Source: Thermodesulfobacteriota bacterium (GTDB taxonomy: Bacteria; Desulfobacterota_D; UBA1144; Nemesobacterales; UBA2774). From it: a stretch of DNA of 64,000 bases. The translations under genes and the position numbers were made by a program. The notes beneath the pieces are model-generated. The model saw only the letters and a list, made by a program, of their open reading frames with translations. It had not been told where the DNA came from and searched no databases. Where the stretch lies: NCBI GenBank assembly GCA_965216785.1, contig OZ244197.1:672001-736000 (forward strand), read 5' to 3'. Below are positions 20,155 to 29,884 of this stretch, in pieces. The stretch's first letter is position 1. Every line of letters begins with the position of its first letter.

Positions 20155-22695
20155 ATGTGGATTAACCTAATTACTTCTAAATTATCACTAATTTCCGTAG
20201 TGTTTTTTCTGTTCATTTGCAGCATAAATACTATGGCTGATACCTTTACAGTAACTAATCTTGACGATTCAGGAACGGGTTCTTTACGTCAGTCTATACT
20301 AGACGCGAACGCGAATTCCAACGGCCCCGGCACAGTGGATGAAATAGTATTTGAGGACGGGCTTACAGGCACAATTACACTTCTGACGGGTGAGATGTCA
20401 ATCACCGATGATGTCACCATAACCGGACCCGGCTCTTCCGTAGTAACAATAGATGCAGATACTGCAAGTACGATATTTAATATCGATGACAGTGACATTA
20501 GCGATATAGCCGTATCTATCAGTGATCTGGCGTTTTTTAACGGCTCGGATACCGACGGGGGAGCTATACAAAATTCCGAGGATCTAACTATAAATTTCTG
20601 CTTTTTTGAAAATAACAACGCCTCTGAAGACGGCGGCGCTATCTATAATACGGGCACGATGAGCGTATCCAACAGCACCTTTAACGGGAATACATCAGGA
20701 TTTAATGGTGGCGCTATTTATAGCGACGGCGCTATAACAGAAATAACAGACACTAATTTTACGGGGAATTCTGCCGATTTTGATGGCGGCGCTATTTATA
20801 GTGGCGGCACAATATCTGAATTAACAAACAGTAATTTTAATGGAAATTCAGCATCCATTGGCGGTGCAATTGATAATGAGGGCGGCATAACCGACTTAAC
20901 AAACTGTTTCTTTACCGGCAATTCAGCCTCAGATGACGGAGGCGCCATTTTTAGTCGAGCCACAATATCAGACATAGCCAACTGTAGTTTTAGCGACAAT
21001 ACCGCCGATTTTGATGGTGGCGCCATCTACAATGACAGCACCATAACCGAAATTACAAGCTCTTCCTTTACCAACAATTCATCCGAAGAAGAAGGCGGCG
21101 CTATTTATAATCAGGACACAATTGGCGAAATAACAGGCTGCAGCTTTAGCGATAACACTTCCTGCTTTGGCGGCGCAATTAGTAATGAGGACACGATAAC
21201 CACAATAACCAACTCCGCATTTAGCACTAATACAGCTGATGAGCTTTTGGGAGGCGCTATTCATAATGACGGCACAATTAGTGAAATAACCTATAGCACC
21301 TTTAGCGACAACACGGCCGAAACCGGGGGAGCTATCGGTAACGAGGGGACAATAACTGAAATAATAAACAGCACTTTAAGCGGCAATAGTGCCGCTGATG
21401 AGGGCGGTGCAATTTTTAATGTAGGTTCTTTAAGCATTTCTTTCTCCACAATTGCAAATAATGAGACCGATACCGCAGGCGGGGGACTTCACAGTGACGA
21501 TGGGTTTTCAATCAACATTCGGAACTCCATAGTAGCTTTCAACACCGCGGCCACGGGGAATAACTGTTTTGGGGACATAGGAACAGGAACTGATGATACG
21601 AACAACTATTCGGATGACGACACATGCGGGTTTGACGGGGATGATTCTACCATACTACTGGATTCTCTTGCGGACAACGGAGGCCCCACACAAACAATCG
21701 CGCTGCTCGGCGGTGACCCACTGGACGGCGCTTCCAGCGACTGCGATACATTAAACGATTTAACTGTAGCTCTGACGAATGACCAGAGGTATTTTATTAG
21801 GCCCGTCGGTCCTGCATGCGATTCAGGCGCATATGAAAACGGACCATCTGCGTCCGTGAGAATAAAAAAAGTAACCGACCCTCCCGGAGGAGTAGGTTTT
21901 AATTTTACAACTACTGGTTTTGATGAGCTTGAGGGCTGCGGCCTCCTGGGAGACGGCGGTCAGTTAGTTTTGAACCACGGTGATTCAGAGAGCTGCGCTG
22001 TACCGTTCGGTAATTATACAGTTACGGAAACTATACCATCGGGCCAGGTTCTTAATATCTTCTGCAGTGACCTGCCGACAGATAGTACGGTTGATAATGA
22101 TACGGGTGAGTTAAGTTTTTCCATCTTGAATTCACAGTCCAACGTTGACTGTCTTTTTATAAACGTCCTTGCCGGTACTTTGATTAGTGCTACTGAGGAG
22201 CCGCCCGGAAATAACTGCGCGCAGGGTGGTGTAAAGATTGAGACCGGCCTAGATTTAAACTTAAACGGAGTGCTAGACCCTGATGAGGTCGTAAACACTT
22301 ACTTTGTATGTAACGGTGAACCCGGTGTCCAAGGCCCACCAGGACTTCAGGGACCACCCGGACCCCCAGGGCCTCCTGGACCGGAAGGACCCGCCGGACC
22401 AGAAGGACCATCTTCATTAATAAATCTTGAGCCGGAGCCACCCGGACCGAATTGTGAAAATGGGGGAGTGAAAATAGAAACGGGCGTGGACCTTGATGAA
22501 GACGGAGTGCTTGATCCAAACGAAGTTCAAGACACAGCTTATGTCTGTAATGGGCAGCAGGGACCGGAAGGACGAGATGGTAATAGTGGTTGCTCTATTG
22601 GAGCGGAAGGCTCAGCAAGCAATTCAAATCTTCTCTTGACAATTATCCCTCTTCTCATATTTGCAAGAAGATACCGAAGATCAATACTGAAATGA
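20155..22695 (+). CDS. Large mosaic surface protein: GGAI/FxxN beta-helix repeats, choice-of-anchor-Q-like region, duplicated Cys domain flanking a collagen stretch, C-terminal sorting signal
   Basis: Signal peptide; [13 protein letters not shown]; 12 GGAI repeats; [10 protein letters not shown]...DQR...CDSGAYE; (GXY)11; SGCSIG-TM-RRYRR. Start uncertain (20062 or 20155). Confidence 0.85.
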   Translation: MWINLITSKLSLISVVFFLFICSINTMADTFTVTNLDDSGTGSLRQSILDANANSNGPGTVDEIVFEDGLTGTITLLTGEMSITDDVTITGPGSSVVTIDADTASTIFNIDDSDISDIAVSISDLAFFNGSDTDGGAIQNSEDLTINFCFFENNNASEDGGAIYNTGTMSVSNSTFNGNTSGFNGGAIYSDGAITEITDTNFTGNSADFDGGAIYSGGTISELTNSNFNGNSASIGGAIDNEGGITDLTNCFFTGNSASDDGGAIFSRATISDIANCSFSDNTADFDGGAIYNDSTITEITSSSFTNNSSEEEGGAIYNQDTIGEITGCSFSDNTSCFGGAISNEDTITTITNSAFSTNTADELLGGAIHNDGTISEITYSTFSDNTAETGGAIGNEGTITEIINSTLSGNSAADEGGAIFNVGSLSISFSTIANNETDTAGGGLHSDDGFSINIRNSIVAFNTAATGNNCFGDIGTGTDDTNNYSDDDTCGFDGDDSTILLDSLADNGGPTQTIALLGGDPLDGASSDCDTLNDLTVALTNDQRYFIRPVGPACDSGAYENGPSASVRIKKVTDPPGGVGFNFTTTGFDELEGCGLLGDGGQLVLNHGDSESCAVPFGNYTVTETIPSGQVLNIFCSDLPTDSTVDNDTGELSFSILNSQSNVDCLFINVLAGTLISATEEPPGNNCAQGGVKIETGLDLNLNGVLDPDEVVNTYFVCNGEPGVQGPPGLQGPPGPPGPPGPEGPAGPEGPSSLINLEPEPPGPNCENGGVKIETGVDLDEDGVLDPNEVQDTAYVCNGQQGPEGRDGNSGCSIGAEGSASNSNLLLTIIPLLIFARRYRRSILK
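22195..22557 (+). repeat. Duplicated ~40-aa Cys domain separated by a collagen-like repeat
   Basis: [40 protein letters not shown] and [40 protein letters not shown] flanking [33 protein letters not shown]. Confidence 0.9.
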
Positions 22696-22701
22696 GCTCG
22701 A

Positions 22702-22739
22702 AAGCCTGAAGCCCACGGTTCAAATCCCCCATCGCCCGC
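22702..22739 (+). repeat. Direct repeat of the tRNA-Arg 3' half (att-like)
   Basis: 32/38 nt identical to 19846-19883 without gaps; last 17 nt (aatcccccatcgcccgc) identical. Confidence 0.9.
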
Positions 22740-22766
22740 ACTCTTTATCACCTTGACTGCCCGGAT

Positions 22767-22964
22767 TCAAATACGATACGCTAAATAATAGTATTCGTTC
22801 GGAATCGAGCTGTGTGCTTTTTTAGCTTTTTTCGCGCCGATAGGTTTTTTATCGCGGGACGTGCGGTTAGGGTTGTTCATCGCAGCGCGCACTGAGTCTT
22901 CCAAAATCTTATTGTCGAACATACTTTGAAGATCTAATGATTTTCTATTCCTAATAATGTTCAT
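22767..22964 (-). CDS. Small basic hypothetical protein
   Basis: 65-aa ORF, GAGG SD, co-oriented 11 nt behind the 89-aa ORF. Confidence 0.5.
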   Translation of the reverse strand: MNIIRNRKSLDLQSMFDNKILEDSVRAAMNNPNRTSRDKKPIGAKKAKKAHSSIPNEYYYLAYRI

Positions 22965-22975
22965 TTGCGGCCTCG

Positions 22976-23245
22976 TTAGGGTATAGGAACATATCCGTGA
23001 TTTATTTCACCATTTTGCATCATGTGACCGTATTTGGAGAATCGTACTAACGATCCGTCAGCTTGTTCGATCATTTCGCCTCTTTTAAGATGAAAGTACA
23101 TAGCTTCTATTTCACCTTCATTTAGTCCGAATTTTTCCCCCATACTGTAAATATCAAATGTATCTGCTGTACTTTCCTCAACCTCTTGGAATAATTTTGT
23201 TACTACATGGTCAAAACTCTCTACATCGGGTATCTCTCTTAGCAT
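22976..23245 (-). CDS. Hypothetical protein, possible winged-helix fold
   Basis: AGGAGG SD; helix-turn-helix-like spacing followed by a beta-hairpin (MIEQADGSLVRFSKYG). Confidence 0.65.
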   Translation of the reverse strand: MLREIPDVESFDHVVTKLFQEVEESTADTFDIYSMGEKFGLNEGEIEAMYFHLKRGEMIEQADGSLVRFSKYGHMMQNGEINHGYVPIP

Positions 23246-23506
23246 TGTTATGCCTCCTGTCTAGTTATTGTTTAACAATAGTATAACAACGCGAGGGTTT
23301 TGTCAAGCATTTTTGCAAAATATCTTAAAAACTCGCAATATACAACTATATCAGCCTGTTACACGCTATTATACAGCAATACTATAGGAATTTTGGCAGT
23401 ATGGTAGCTAGACATATACTAGACAGCTCGAGCTGTCGAGGCTAATTCTTTAGTTCCGGCAGTAAAGCGCGGGGATGGAATCCGCTTAGCATATTTACAC
23501 CGGGAG

Positions 23507-23800
23507 TTATTTACCGAACTTCTTGTTGTATTTTTTCATACATCCGTTTACATAGCTTTCTACTACATCCGGACCGGTTTCAAAGCCCATTTCCTTAAAA
23601 TGCTCCTCCCAGAGCTTGTAGAATAAGGCTTCGCACTCTTCCTTAGCCTTCTCAGGCTGGTATTCGCTGTGATCGACAGCTATGGCTTTACCGCCCTGCT
23701 CTCCGAGAATTTCAGCTCTGAGCTGGCTATCGGTTTCAGCATACGTAAAGTGCGGCAAGAAAAAGAATAAAGCTCCAACTGCTATTAAAACTATTCTCAT
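23507..23800 (-). CDS. Small secreted hypothetical protein
   Basis: Signal peptide MRIVLIAVGALFFFLPHFTYA, GGAGGG SD, two Cys. Confidence 0.7.
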   Translation of the reverse strand: MRIVLIAVGALFFFLPHFTYAETDSQLRAEILGEQGGKAIAVDHSEYQPEKAKEECEALFYKLWEEHFKEMGFETGPDVVESYVNGCMKKYNKKFGK

Positions 23801-23935
23801 CTATTCCCTCCAAATGCCTTGATGTTCACATTATACAATATAACGTTTAAGAGCAGCGGATGGAATTAACGAATCTGGATACGCCGGCACTATTTATATT
23901 TGATAAGAATCTGAAATAATTTTATTCTATTGTTA

Positions 23936-25885
23936 ATGGCAAAAAAGACAAAGTCTCTCGGCAGTACTGAGGAAAATGAAGCTATTCTCGCAATCCTCGA
24001 TGGTACTTCAGCGGAGATAGGGCAGAACTTTTTCACTTCTCTAGTAAAGAACCTCTCAAAAGTGCTCCACACCGACGCCGCATGGGTAACTGAGTATTTT
24101 GAGGAAGAAAAGAGAATGAGCGCAAAGGCGTTTTACATGGGCGATGGATGGATAGATAATTTTGAATACCCGGTTGCCGACACCCCTTGTGAAACTGTGG
24201 TGACAGAGAAACGCCTGGTCCATATCAGAGACAATTTATTCGCCAAGTACAAGGGGAACCCCGAGCTAAAAGACTTCAGAAATCATAAAGTCGTGAGCTA
24301 TTTGGGTATTCCGTTTGAAGACGTTGATGGGAAGATACTGGGACACCTGTCGGTTATCGATTCGGAACCTATGCCCGAAGATCAGGAAGTGTTTAATATT
24401 TTCAGGATATTCGCAAACCGAGCGAGCGCCGAGATGCGCCGCCTTCGGGCGGAGAAAGAAACCCGGGAAAGGGAAGAGAAGCTGAGACGGCTCTTTGACA
24501 GCGCGATGGACGCCATTGTCGAGCTCGACAGTGACTTTAAAATTACAAGATTAAACACAGCTGCCGAAAAACTATTCGGTGCAAAAGGGGATAGGTTTCT
24601 GGGCAGGATGTTTAACCAGCTTCTTACGAAGACAAGCAGCGAAAAGCTGCTGCAGCTAACAGAGCATTTAGAACAAAGACCCGAAGGTGAGAAGTTTATC
24701 TGGATCCCGGGCGGTATTACGGCTGTAACTGACACAGGTAGTGAATTTCCGGCTGAGGCTACGATCTCAAAATTTGAGATGGATAATCAGGAGTTTTTCA
24801 CAATGATACTAAGAAACGTAAACGAGCGTCTTCAAGCGGAGCAGAAGATCCGCTCACTCACAAAAGAATCCGAGTACCTTAGAGAAGAGCTAAAATCCTT
24901 AACCGAAACGGACGGGATAATAGGTGAGAGCGAGGCGCTTTTAAGAGTTTTAGGCGACGTGAAGAAAGTTGCGCCCACTCAGGCGACTGTTTTGATTACA
25001 GGAGAAACAGGTACAGGAAAAGAGCTTATAGCAAGATCAATACACTCGATGAGCCCGAGAGCCGAAAAACCGTTTATTAAAGTTAACTGCCCGGCCATTC
25101 CCTCAAATCTGATAGAGAGCGAGTTTTTCGGCCACGAAGAGGGGGCGTTTACCGGAGCTACACGAAAGAGGGAAGGGCGCTTTAAAGTCGCGGACGGTGG
25201 TACGATATTTTTGGACGAGATAGGTGAGCTGCCTGTTGATCTTCAGTCAAAGCTTCTGCGCGTGCTGCAGGAAGGTGAGTTTGATCCCGTTGGCAGCTCG
25301 GATACAGAGAGGGTAGATGTAAGAGTCATAGCGGCTACGAACCGTAATTTACTTAAGGAAGTAAACGAAAAAAATTTCAGAGAAGACCTCTATTACAGAC
25401 TAAATGTTTTTCAGATCGAAGTTCCGCCGTTAAGGGAAAGGACTGAGGATATAGAAAAATTAGCACATGCCTTCATTGAAAAATTCTCAAAAAGAAACGG
25501 CATATCTATTGACCCAATAAGAGCAGAAGAGCTTGCGCGACTAAAGTCTTATAGCTGGCCAGGTAATGTGAGAGAGCTTCAGAATGTGATAGAACGCGCC
25601 GTTATCACGTCTGTGAGCGGAACTATAAATCTAGACCGGGCGCTTCCTGGCTCTGAAGTTATAACAGGCACACGAACTACTTCATCACCGGATACAAACG
25701 ATAGAAATGTTATGTCGGACACCGAGCTTAAGGAGCTCGAAAAAACAAATATTATACGCGCACTTAATAAAACAGGGTGGAAGATTGCCGGTGACAAGGG
25801 CGCTGCAGTGCTTCTGGGTCTTCCGACTTCAACACTGAATTCGAAGATCAAATCCCTTGGCATAACCAAAGCGGATAAAGAGTAG
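23936..25885 (+). CDS. Sigma-54-dependent transcriptional activator (GAF-PAS-AAA+-HTH, FhlA-like)
   Basis: [42 protein letters not shown], Fis-type HTH. Confidence 0.95.
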   Translation: MAKKTKSLGSTEENEAILAILDGTSAEIGQNFFTSLVKNLSKVLHTDAAWVTEYFEEEKRMSAKAFYMGDGWIDNFEYPVADTPCETVVTEKRLVHIRDNLFAKYKGNPELKDFRNHKVVSYLGIPFEDVDGKILGHLSVIDSEPMPEDQEVFNIFRIFANRASAEMRRLRAEKETREREEKLRRLFDSAMDAIVELDSDFKITRLNTAAEKLFGAKGDRFLGRMFNQLLTKTSSEKLLQLTEHLEQRPEGEKFIWIPGGITAVTDTGSEFPAEATISKFEMDNQEFFTMILRNVNERLQAEQKIRSLTKESEYLREELKSLTETDGIIGESEALLRVLGDVKKVAPTQATVLITGETGTGKELIARSIHSMSPRAEKPFIKVNCPAIPSNLIESEFFGHEEGAFTGATRKREGRFKVADGGTIFLDEIGELPVDLQSKLLRVLQEGEFDPVGSSDTERVDVRVIAATNRNLLKEVNEKNFREDLYYRLNVFQIEVPPLRERTEDIEKLAHAFIEKFSKRNGISIDPIRAEELARLKSYSWPGNVRELQNVIERAVITSVSGTINLDRALPGSEVITGTRTTSSPDTNDRNVMSDTELKELEKTNIIRALNKTGWKIAGDKGAAVLLGLPTSTLNSKIKSLGITKADKE

Positions 25886-25934
25886 CTTCAGCAAGCGGTT
25901 TTAAGTCTTTATATCGAGAATTCACCCATTTTAC

Positions 25935-25970
25935 TGGCGATATATCGCTAGTGGCGATATATCGCCACTA
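25935..25970. promoter_or_regulatory. Tandem palindromic upstream activating sequences
   Basis: GCGATATATCGC at 25937-25948 and 25954-25965; the second lies within the perfect 22-bp palindrome tagtggcgatatatcgccacta. Confidence 0.8.
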
Positions 25971-26035
25971 TTAAGCCCTGCCCAGCTCAACACTAACCAC
26001 CCTATATTATTAATAATTATACAATTACCCAATAT

Positions 26036-26051
26036 TGGCACACCTCTTGCG
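26036..26051 (+). promoter_or_regulatory. Sigma-54 (-24/-12) promoter
   Basis: TGGCAC-ACCTC-TTGCG matches TGGCAC-N5-TTGC, about 40 nt upstream of ATG 26091. Confidence 0.88.
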
Positions 26052-26090
26052 ATTTGAAGTTAGCAAATAAATCATTAGGAGGTAAGCTAA

Positions 26091-26351
26091 ATGAAGAAGT
26101 TAGTAGCAATCACCGCATTAGGGTTAGCGTTCGGGTTATCAAACTCATCTTTTGCCTCGGACTACATGAGTATTTATACAAATAGTCCAGCATCTCAAGA
26201 TACGACTACTGAGATTACAGGCGGGGAAGTCGAGACAAGCCCAATGAGCTTTTACCTAAGCCCTGTAAAGAAGGGTACAGGCCGCGATCAAACGGCCAAG
26301 GCGGCTGACAATGACGAACCTACACTCTTGGTATTCGGCGTCAGCTTATAA
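26091..26351 (+). CDS. Small secreted protein, unknown function
   Basis: AGGAGG SD, signal peptide ending SFA, 64-aa mature part. Confidence 0.8.
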   Translation: MKKLVAITALGLAFGLSNSSFASDYMSIYTNSPASQDTTTEITGGEVETSPMSFYLSPVKKGTGRDQTAKAADNDEPTLLVFGVSL

Positions 26352-26359
26352 CGGTTTCA

Positions 26360-26400
26360 TACAGGGCGTGAGTTAAATGCAGCAGAGCTTACGCCCTGTA
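26360..26400 (+). other. Intergenic stem-loop (mRNA stabiliser or partial terminator)
   Basis: tacagggcgtgag ... cttacgccctgta inverted repeat, no U-tract on the + strand. Confidence 0.6.
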
Positions 26401-26421
26401 AATAAACATAGGAGATGAAAA

Positions 26422-27240
26422 ATGAGCGGTCAAAATTTAGAGGCCAAAACTAAAGCGAGAGACACTTATAATTCAGCAGCGGACTGTTTCGATGATAGCC
26501 CGCTCGCATTCTGGGCAAAGTACGGCAGAAAAACGGTTGAGAGACTGTCGCTTGCACCCGGCTCGGTAGTACTGGACGTCGCATGCGGTACGGGCGCTTC
26601 CGCACTTCCGGCAGGTGAGATTGTAGGATGTACGGGAAAGGTGACGGGGATTGATGTCTCTGAGAACATGCTCGAGCTTGCAAGGGAAAAAGCAGAGAAG
26701 CTTAATCTCTGTAACACGGAGTTCGTGTTGGGCGATATGTCGGAGCTTACCTATAAGGACGAATCCTTTGACGCTGTAGTATGCGTGTTCGCCATATTCT
26801 TCATGCCCGATATGGAAGAGCAGGTAAGAGAGTTATGGCGAAAGGTTAAACCCGGCGGCAAGCTCGCCGTCACAACCTGGGGCCGCAATTTATTTGAGCC
26901 TGCATATGAAAATTGGAAGAACGCTGTTAAGGAAGTGAACCCGAAACTTTACTGCGCTTTTAACCCCTGGGACAGAATTTCCAAGCCTGAGTCACTTAGA
27001 AAACTGATGGAAGATGCCGGGACAACGAATATTACAGTTGAGCACGAAGAAGGAAAGCAGCCAATTGATAGCGCACCGGACTGGTGGACCATCGCACTAG
27101 GATCAGGGCTAAGGTGGACTATTGACCAGCTCGATCAAGACGAGCGAGAGAGAGTGAGAAAATCGAATTTGAAGTGGGTGGAAAAGAATAACGTGACGGC
27201 GGTTGATACAAACGTTATCTACGCTGTTGCAAATAAATAA
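26422..27240 (+). CDS. Class I SAM-dependent methyltransferase
   Basis: VLDVACGTG, GIDVS, SFDAV, KPGGKL. Confidence 0.92.
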   Translation: MSGQNLEAKTKARDTYNSAADCFDDSPLAFWAKYGRKTVERLSLAPGSVVLDVACGTGASALPAGEIVGCTGKVTGIDVSENMLELAREKAEKLNLCNTEFVLGDMSELTYKDESFDAVVCVFAIFFMPDMEEQVRELWRKVKPGGKLAVTTWGRNLFEPAYENWKNAVKEVNPKLYCAFNPWDRISKPESLRKLMEDAGTTNITVEHEEGKQPIDSAPDWWTIALGSGLRWTIDQLDQDERERVRKSNLKWVEKNNVTAVDTNVIYAVANK

Positions 27241-27268
27241 CGACAAACCAAAAAAGGAGAAAGTAAAA

Positions 27269-28087
27269 ATGAGGAGCATACCAAATATAGATGAAATTAA
27301 AGTGAAAATGAAAAACGCCTGGAATGCGGGTGATTACAGAAAGTTTGCGACCTATATGGAACCTGGGGCAATCGAAATTTTAAACGGATGGAATATATCC
27401 CCCGGAGAAACTATGCTGGATGTCGCTTGCGGCTCAGGGCAGATCTCAATCCCCGCGGCCAGGGCTGGCGTAAAGGTAACGGGGCTCGACATATCACCGA
27501 ACTGGGTTGCTTTTGCCAGGAACAGGGCTGAGCAGGAAGGACTGGACGCCAGGTTCGATGAGGGCGACGCAGAGAGCCTGCCGTATGAAGATAATTCATT
27601 TGACGTTGTGGCTACCATAGTCGGCGCTATGTTCGCTCCCCAGCCGGACAAAGTGGCGAGTGAGTTCCTGAGAGTGTGCAAGCCAGGAGGCAGGATTTTA
27701 ATGGTAAACTGGACGCCTGAAGGGATGGTTGGACATATGTTTAAAGAAATAGGTAAGCACGCTCCACCGCCCACTGGCGTAGCACCCCCGGTACTATGGG
27801 GTGATGAGAAAACTGTCAGGGAAAGGTTTCTGGACGGGATCGATTCCTTAAAACTGACTAGAAAAAATTACCCTCTCTGGACCTACCCGTTTGGGCCGGC
27901 AGAGCTAGTACAGTTTTTCTTTGATTGTTATGGGCCTACAGAAAAAGCCTACGAATCGCTGGACGAGCAGGGAAGAGAATCCTTGCGAGCAGGTCTTGAG
28001 ACAGTGTTTTCTAAGCACAATACGAGTACGAACGGCACAATAACACTCCAAGCAGAATACCTGGATGTAGAAGCGGTAAAAAAATGA
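27269..28087 (+). CDS. Class I SAM-dependent methyltransferase
   Basis: WNAGDY, LDVACGSG, GDAESLPY, GAMFAP, KPGGRI. AGGAG SD before ATG 27269. Confidence 0.92.
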   Translation: MRSIPNIDEIKVKMKNAWNAGDYRKFATYMEPGAIEILNGWNISPGETMLDVACGSGQISIPAARAGVKVTGLDISPNWVAFARNRAEQEGLDARFDEGDAESLPYEDNSFDVVATIVGAMFAPQPDKVASEFLRVCKPGGRILMVNWTPEGMVGHMFKEIGKHAPPPTGVAPPVLWGDEKTVRERFLDGIDSLKLTRKNYPLWTYPFGPAELVQFFFDCYGPTEKAYESLDEQGRESLRAGLETVFSKHNTSTNGTITLQAEYLDVEAVKK

Positions 28088-28097
28088 GAGAATCCCC

Positions 28098-28122
28098 GGG
28101 GGCGGATGAGTATCCGTCCCCC
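28098..28122. terminator. GC-rich hairpin between convergent genes
   Basis: gggggcggat ... atccgtccccc stem. Confidence 0.55.
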
Positions 28123-28125
28123 ACT

Positions 28126-29118
28126 CTAGAGTCTGTCCATTGTCTGCTCAATTGCGCTTTGGATGTCCAGATCTTCATAGAGCACTCTGTACATGTGCTC
28201 GATCAGTATAGTATCCAGATTATTGGACCTGCAGAGGTTATAAATACTTTGAGTGTTTTTTATCCCTTCGGCTACCATCCCGTGCATTTGGGAATTAATC
28301 TCATCCATCGTGCGATCCTTGGCCAGCATCTCACCTACAAAGCGGTTTCTGCTGTGGCGGCTCGAGCAAGTGGCTATAAGGTCTCCGACCCCTGCGATGC
28401 TGAAGCAAGTTTCTTTATTCGCACCGAGGCTCACCGCGATACGGCTCATTTCGCTTAGCCCGAGAGTAAGGAGGCTCGCTTTTGCGTTGTCACCCATACC
28501 GAGCCCGTCGCAGATTCCAATGGCTATAGCTACTATGTTCTTAATCGCGCCGCAGAGCTCTACTCCTTTAATATCCCAAATGGGATAGGATTTGAAATTC
28601 GGAGTGTTAAGTAAATTACAGATGCTAATACTGAGCGCTTTATGCTCGGACGCGACTACAGTTGCAGTCGGAAGTCCTGTGGCAACTTCCTCTGCGTGGT
28701 TCGGGCCTGAGATCACGGCTATCTTAGAATATGCTCCGAGCTCTTCCTTAAGCACTTCAGACATCAGCTTGCAGGAACCTGATTCGATGCCTTTTACAGT
28801 ATGAAGGATCGGCAGACCCCTAATATGATCCGAGAACCGTATTGCCGTCTGTCTTAAATAATCGGACGGAACCGCGAATATCACAAGGTCACTATCGGTA
28901 ACAGACTTAGAAGGGCAGTGAGTGGCAACTACGCATTCGGGCAAAGCGTAGCCCTCAAGATACTGTTTATTTTCTCTTTCACGGTTTATTTTATCCGCCT
29001 GCTCTTCTCTTCTGCACCAAAGCCTTACATCTCGGGAGGAGCCTCCGAGCAATATTGCCAGGGAAGTACCTGAGCTGCCGGCGCCGATAATAGATATTTT
29101 TTCTGCCTTATCTTTCAA
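28126..29118 (-). CDS. gpsA: NAD(P)H-dependent glycerol-3-phosphate dehydrogenase
   Basis: IIGAGSSGT, KGIE, SGPNHAEE, GAIKN, GDLIATC, SRNR. Confidence 0.92.
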   Translation of the reverse strand: MKDKAEKISIIGAGSSGTSLAILLGGSSRDVRLWCRREEQADKINRERENKQYLEGYALPECVVATHCPSKSVTDSDLVIFAVPSDYLRQTAIRFSDHIRGLPILHTVKGIESGSCKLMSEVLKEELGAYSKIAVISGPNHAEEVATGLPTATVVASEHKALSISICNLLNTPNFKSYPIWDIKGVELCGAIKNIVAIAIGICDGLGMGDNAKASLLTLGLSEMSRIAVSLGANKETCFSIAGVGDLIATCSSRHSRNRFVGEMLAKDRTMDEINSQMHGMVAEGIKNTQSIYNLCRSNNLDTILIEHMYRVLYEDLDIQSAIEQTMDRL

Positions 29119-29120
29119 GG

Positions 29121-29762
29121 TTATATTCCTGCAAATTTATATTCCTGTCCCGATAGCTCTGCAATTCTTTTCATTATCGTGTCGGTTATTTTTTTTGGAG
29201 GCTCTCCGTTGAAAACCAATTGCTCACCGAAAGAAATATCTGCTTTCTTGTTATTCGGCCAGAACTTTCCCTTGGGCAGTATCTCAAAGGTGCCTTGTAT
29301 CCCGACTGGTATGACAGGCGTTGATGTTCTTCTAACAAGAGTACCTATGCCGCTTTTACCGCTCTGAAGTTTGCCATCAAGGCTTCTTGTGCCTTCAGGG
29401 TATAGCATGAGAACGCAGCCCTTTTTAAGATACTCTTCCGCAACTCTTAATCCGTCTCTGCCCATTTGTCTGTCGATCGGGATCATAGTCACGTACCTCT
29501 CAAAGAAAAGTTTGTACCATAACATATGTATAGAATCTGTAGTGTGCTCTTTTTTAGTAAGAATGTGAACCTTCCTCTTTCTTTCAGTGAGCACAAACTT
29601 GCCGACGAGGAAGTGGTCAAGATAGCTTATGTGGTTGGGCGCGATTATCGCAGGGCCTGTCTCGGGTATGTTCGAGGCGCCTTCAACATGCGCTACCCAG
29701 CTATCCAGAATGGGACCTATTACACACTTGTATAACAAGTTCAAGCGAATCTTATCGTTCAT
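29121..29762 (-). CDS. plsC: 1-acyl-sn-glycerol-3-phosphate acyltransferase
   Basis: NHISYLD (HX4D), YPEGTRS, PVIPVGI. Confidence 0.88.
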   Translation of the reverse strand: MNDKIRLNLLYKCVIGPILDSWVAHVEGASNIPETGPAIIAPNHISYLDHFLVGKFVLTERKRKVHILTKKEHTTDSIHMLWYKLFFERYVTMIPIDRQMGRDGLRVAEEYLKKGCVLMLYPEGTRSLDGKLQSGKSGIGTLVRRTSTPVIPVGIQGTFEILPKGKFWPNNKKADISFGEQLVFNGEPPKKITDTIMKRIAELSGQEYKFAGI

Positions 29763-29884
29763 TCTTCAACCGGTAGACAGCTAATTTCTGAGACATTTTC
29801 GTAAACCCAAATCTCAAGTTTATTACATATATATTGTAACAGATAACCGGTTCAAATTTCTTTTAACTTGGGAGTTAATACACT

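Larger units (their letters stand above)
19886..22739. mobile_element. tRNA-Arg-anchored genomic islet (no integrase seen)
   Basis: Bounded by tRNA-Arg and a colinear degenerate copy of its 3' half 2856 bp downstream; contains one large gene. Confidence 0.6.

Noticed and set aside
20550-21420. CRISPR-like periodic repeats (ggcggcgctatt about every 75-78 nt)
   Set aside because: They are degenerate, in-frame codons of the GGAI protein repeats, and no cas genes are present
22702-22739. A second tRNA gene
   Set aside because: Only the 3' half is present, the T-stem 5' strand is mutated and there is no CCA; treated as an att-like repeat
26091-28087. Classical RiPP cluster
   Set aside because: No peptidase, transporter, RRE or radical SAM/YcaO enzyme, and the small protein has a Sec-type signal
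28084-28804. Plus-strand ORFs of 124, 111 and 70 aa
   Set aside because: Antisense shadows of gpsA; the same applies to the many antisense ORFs over leuS, typA, degQ and clpA
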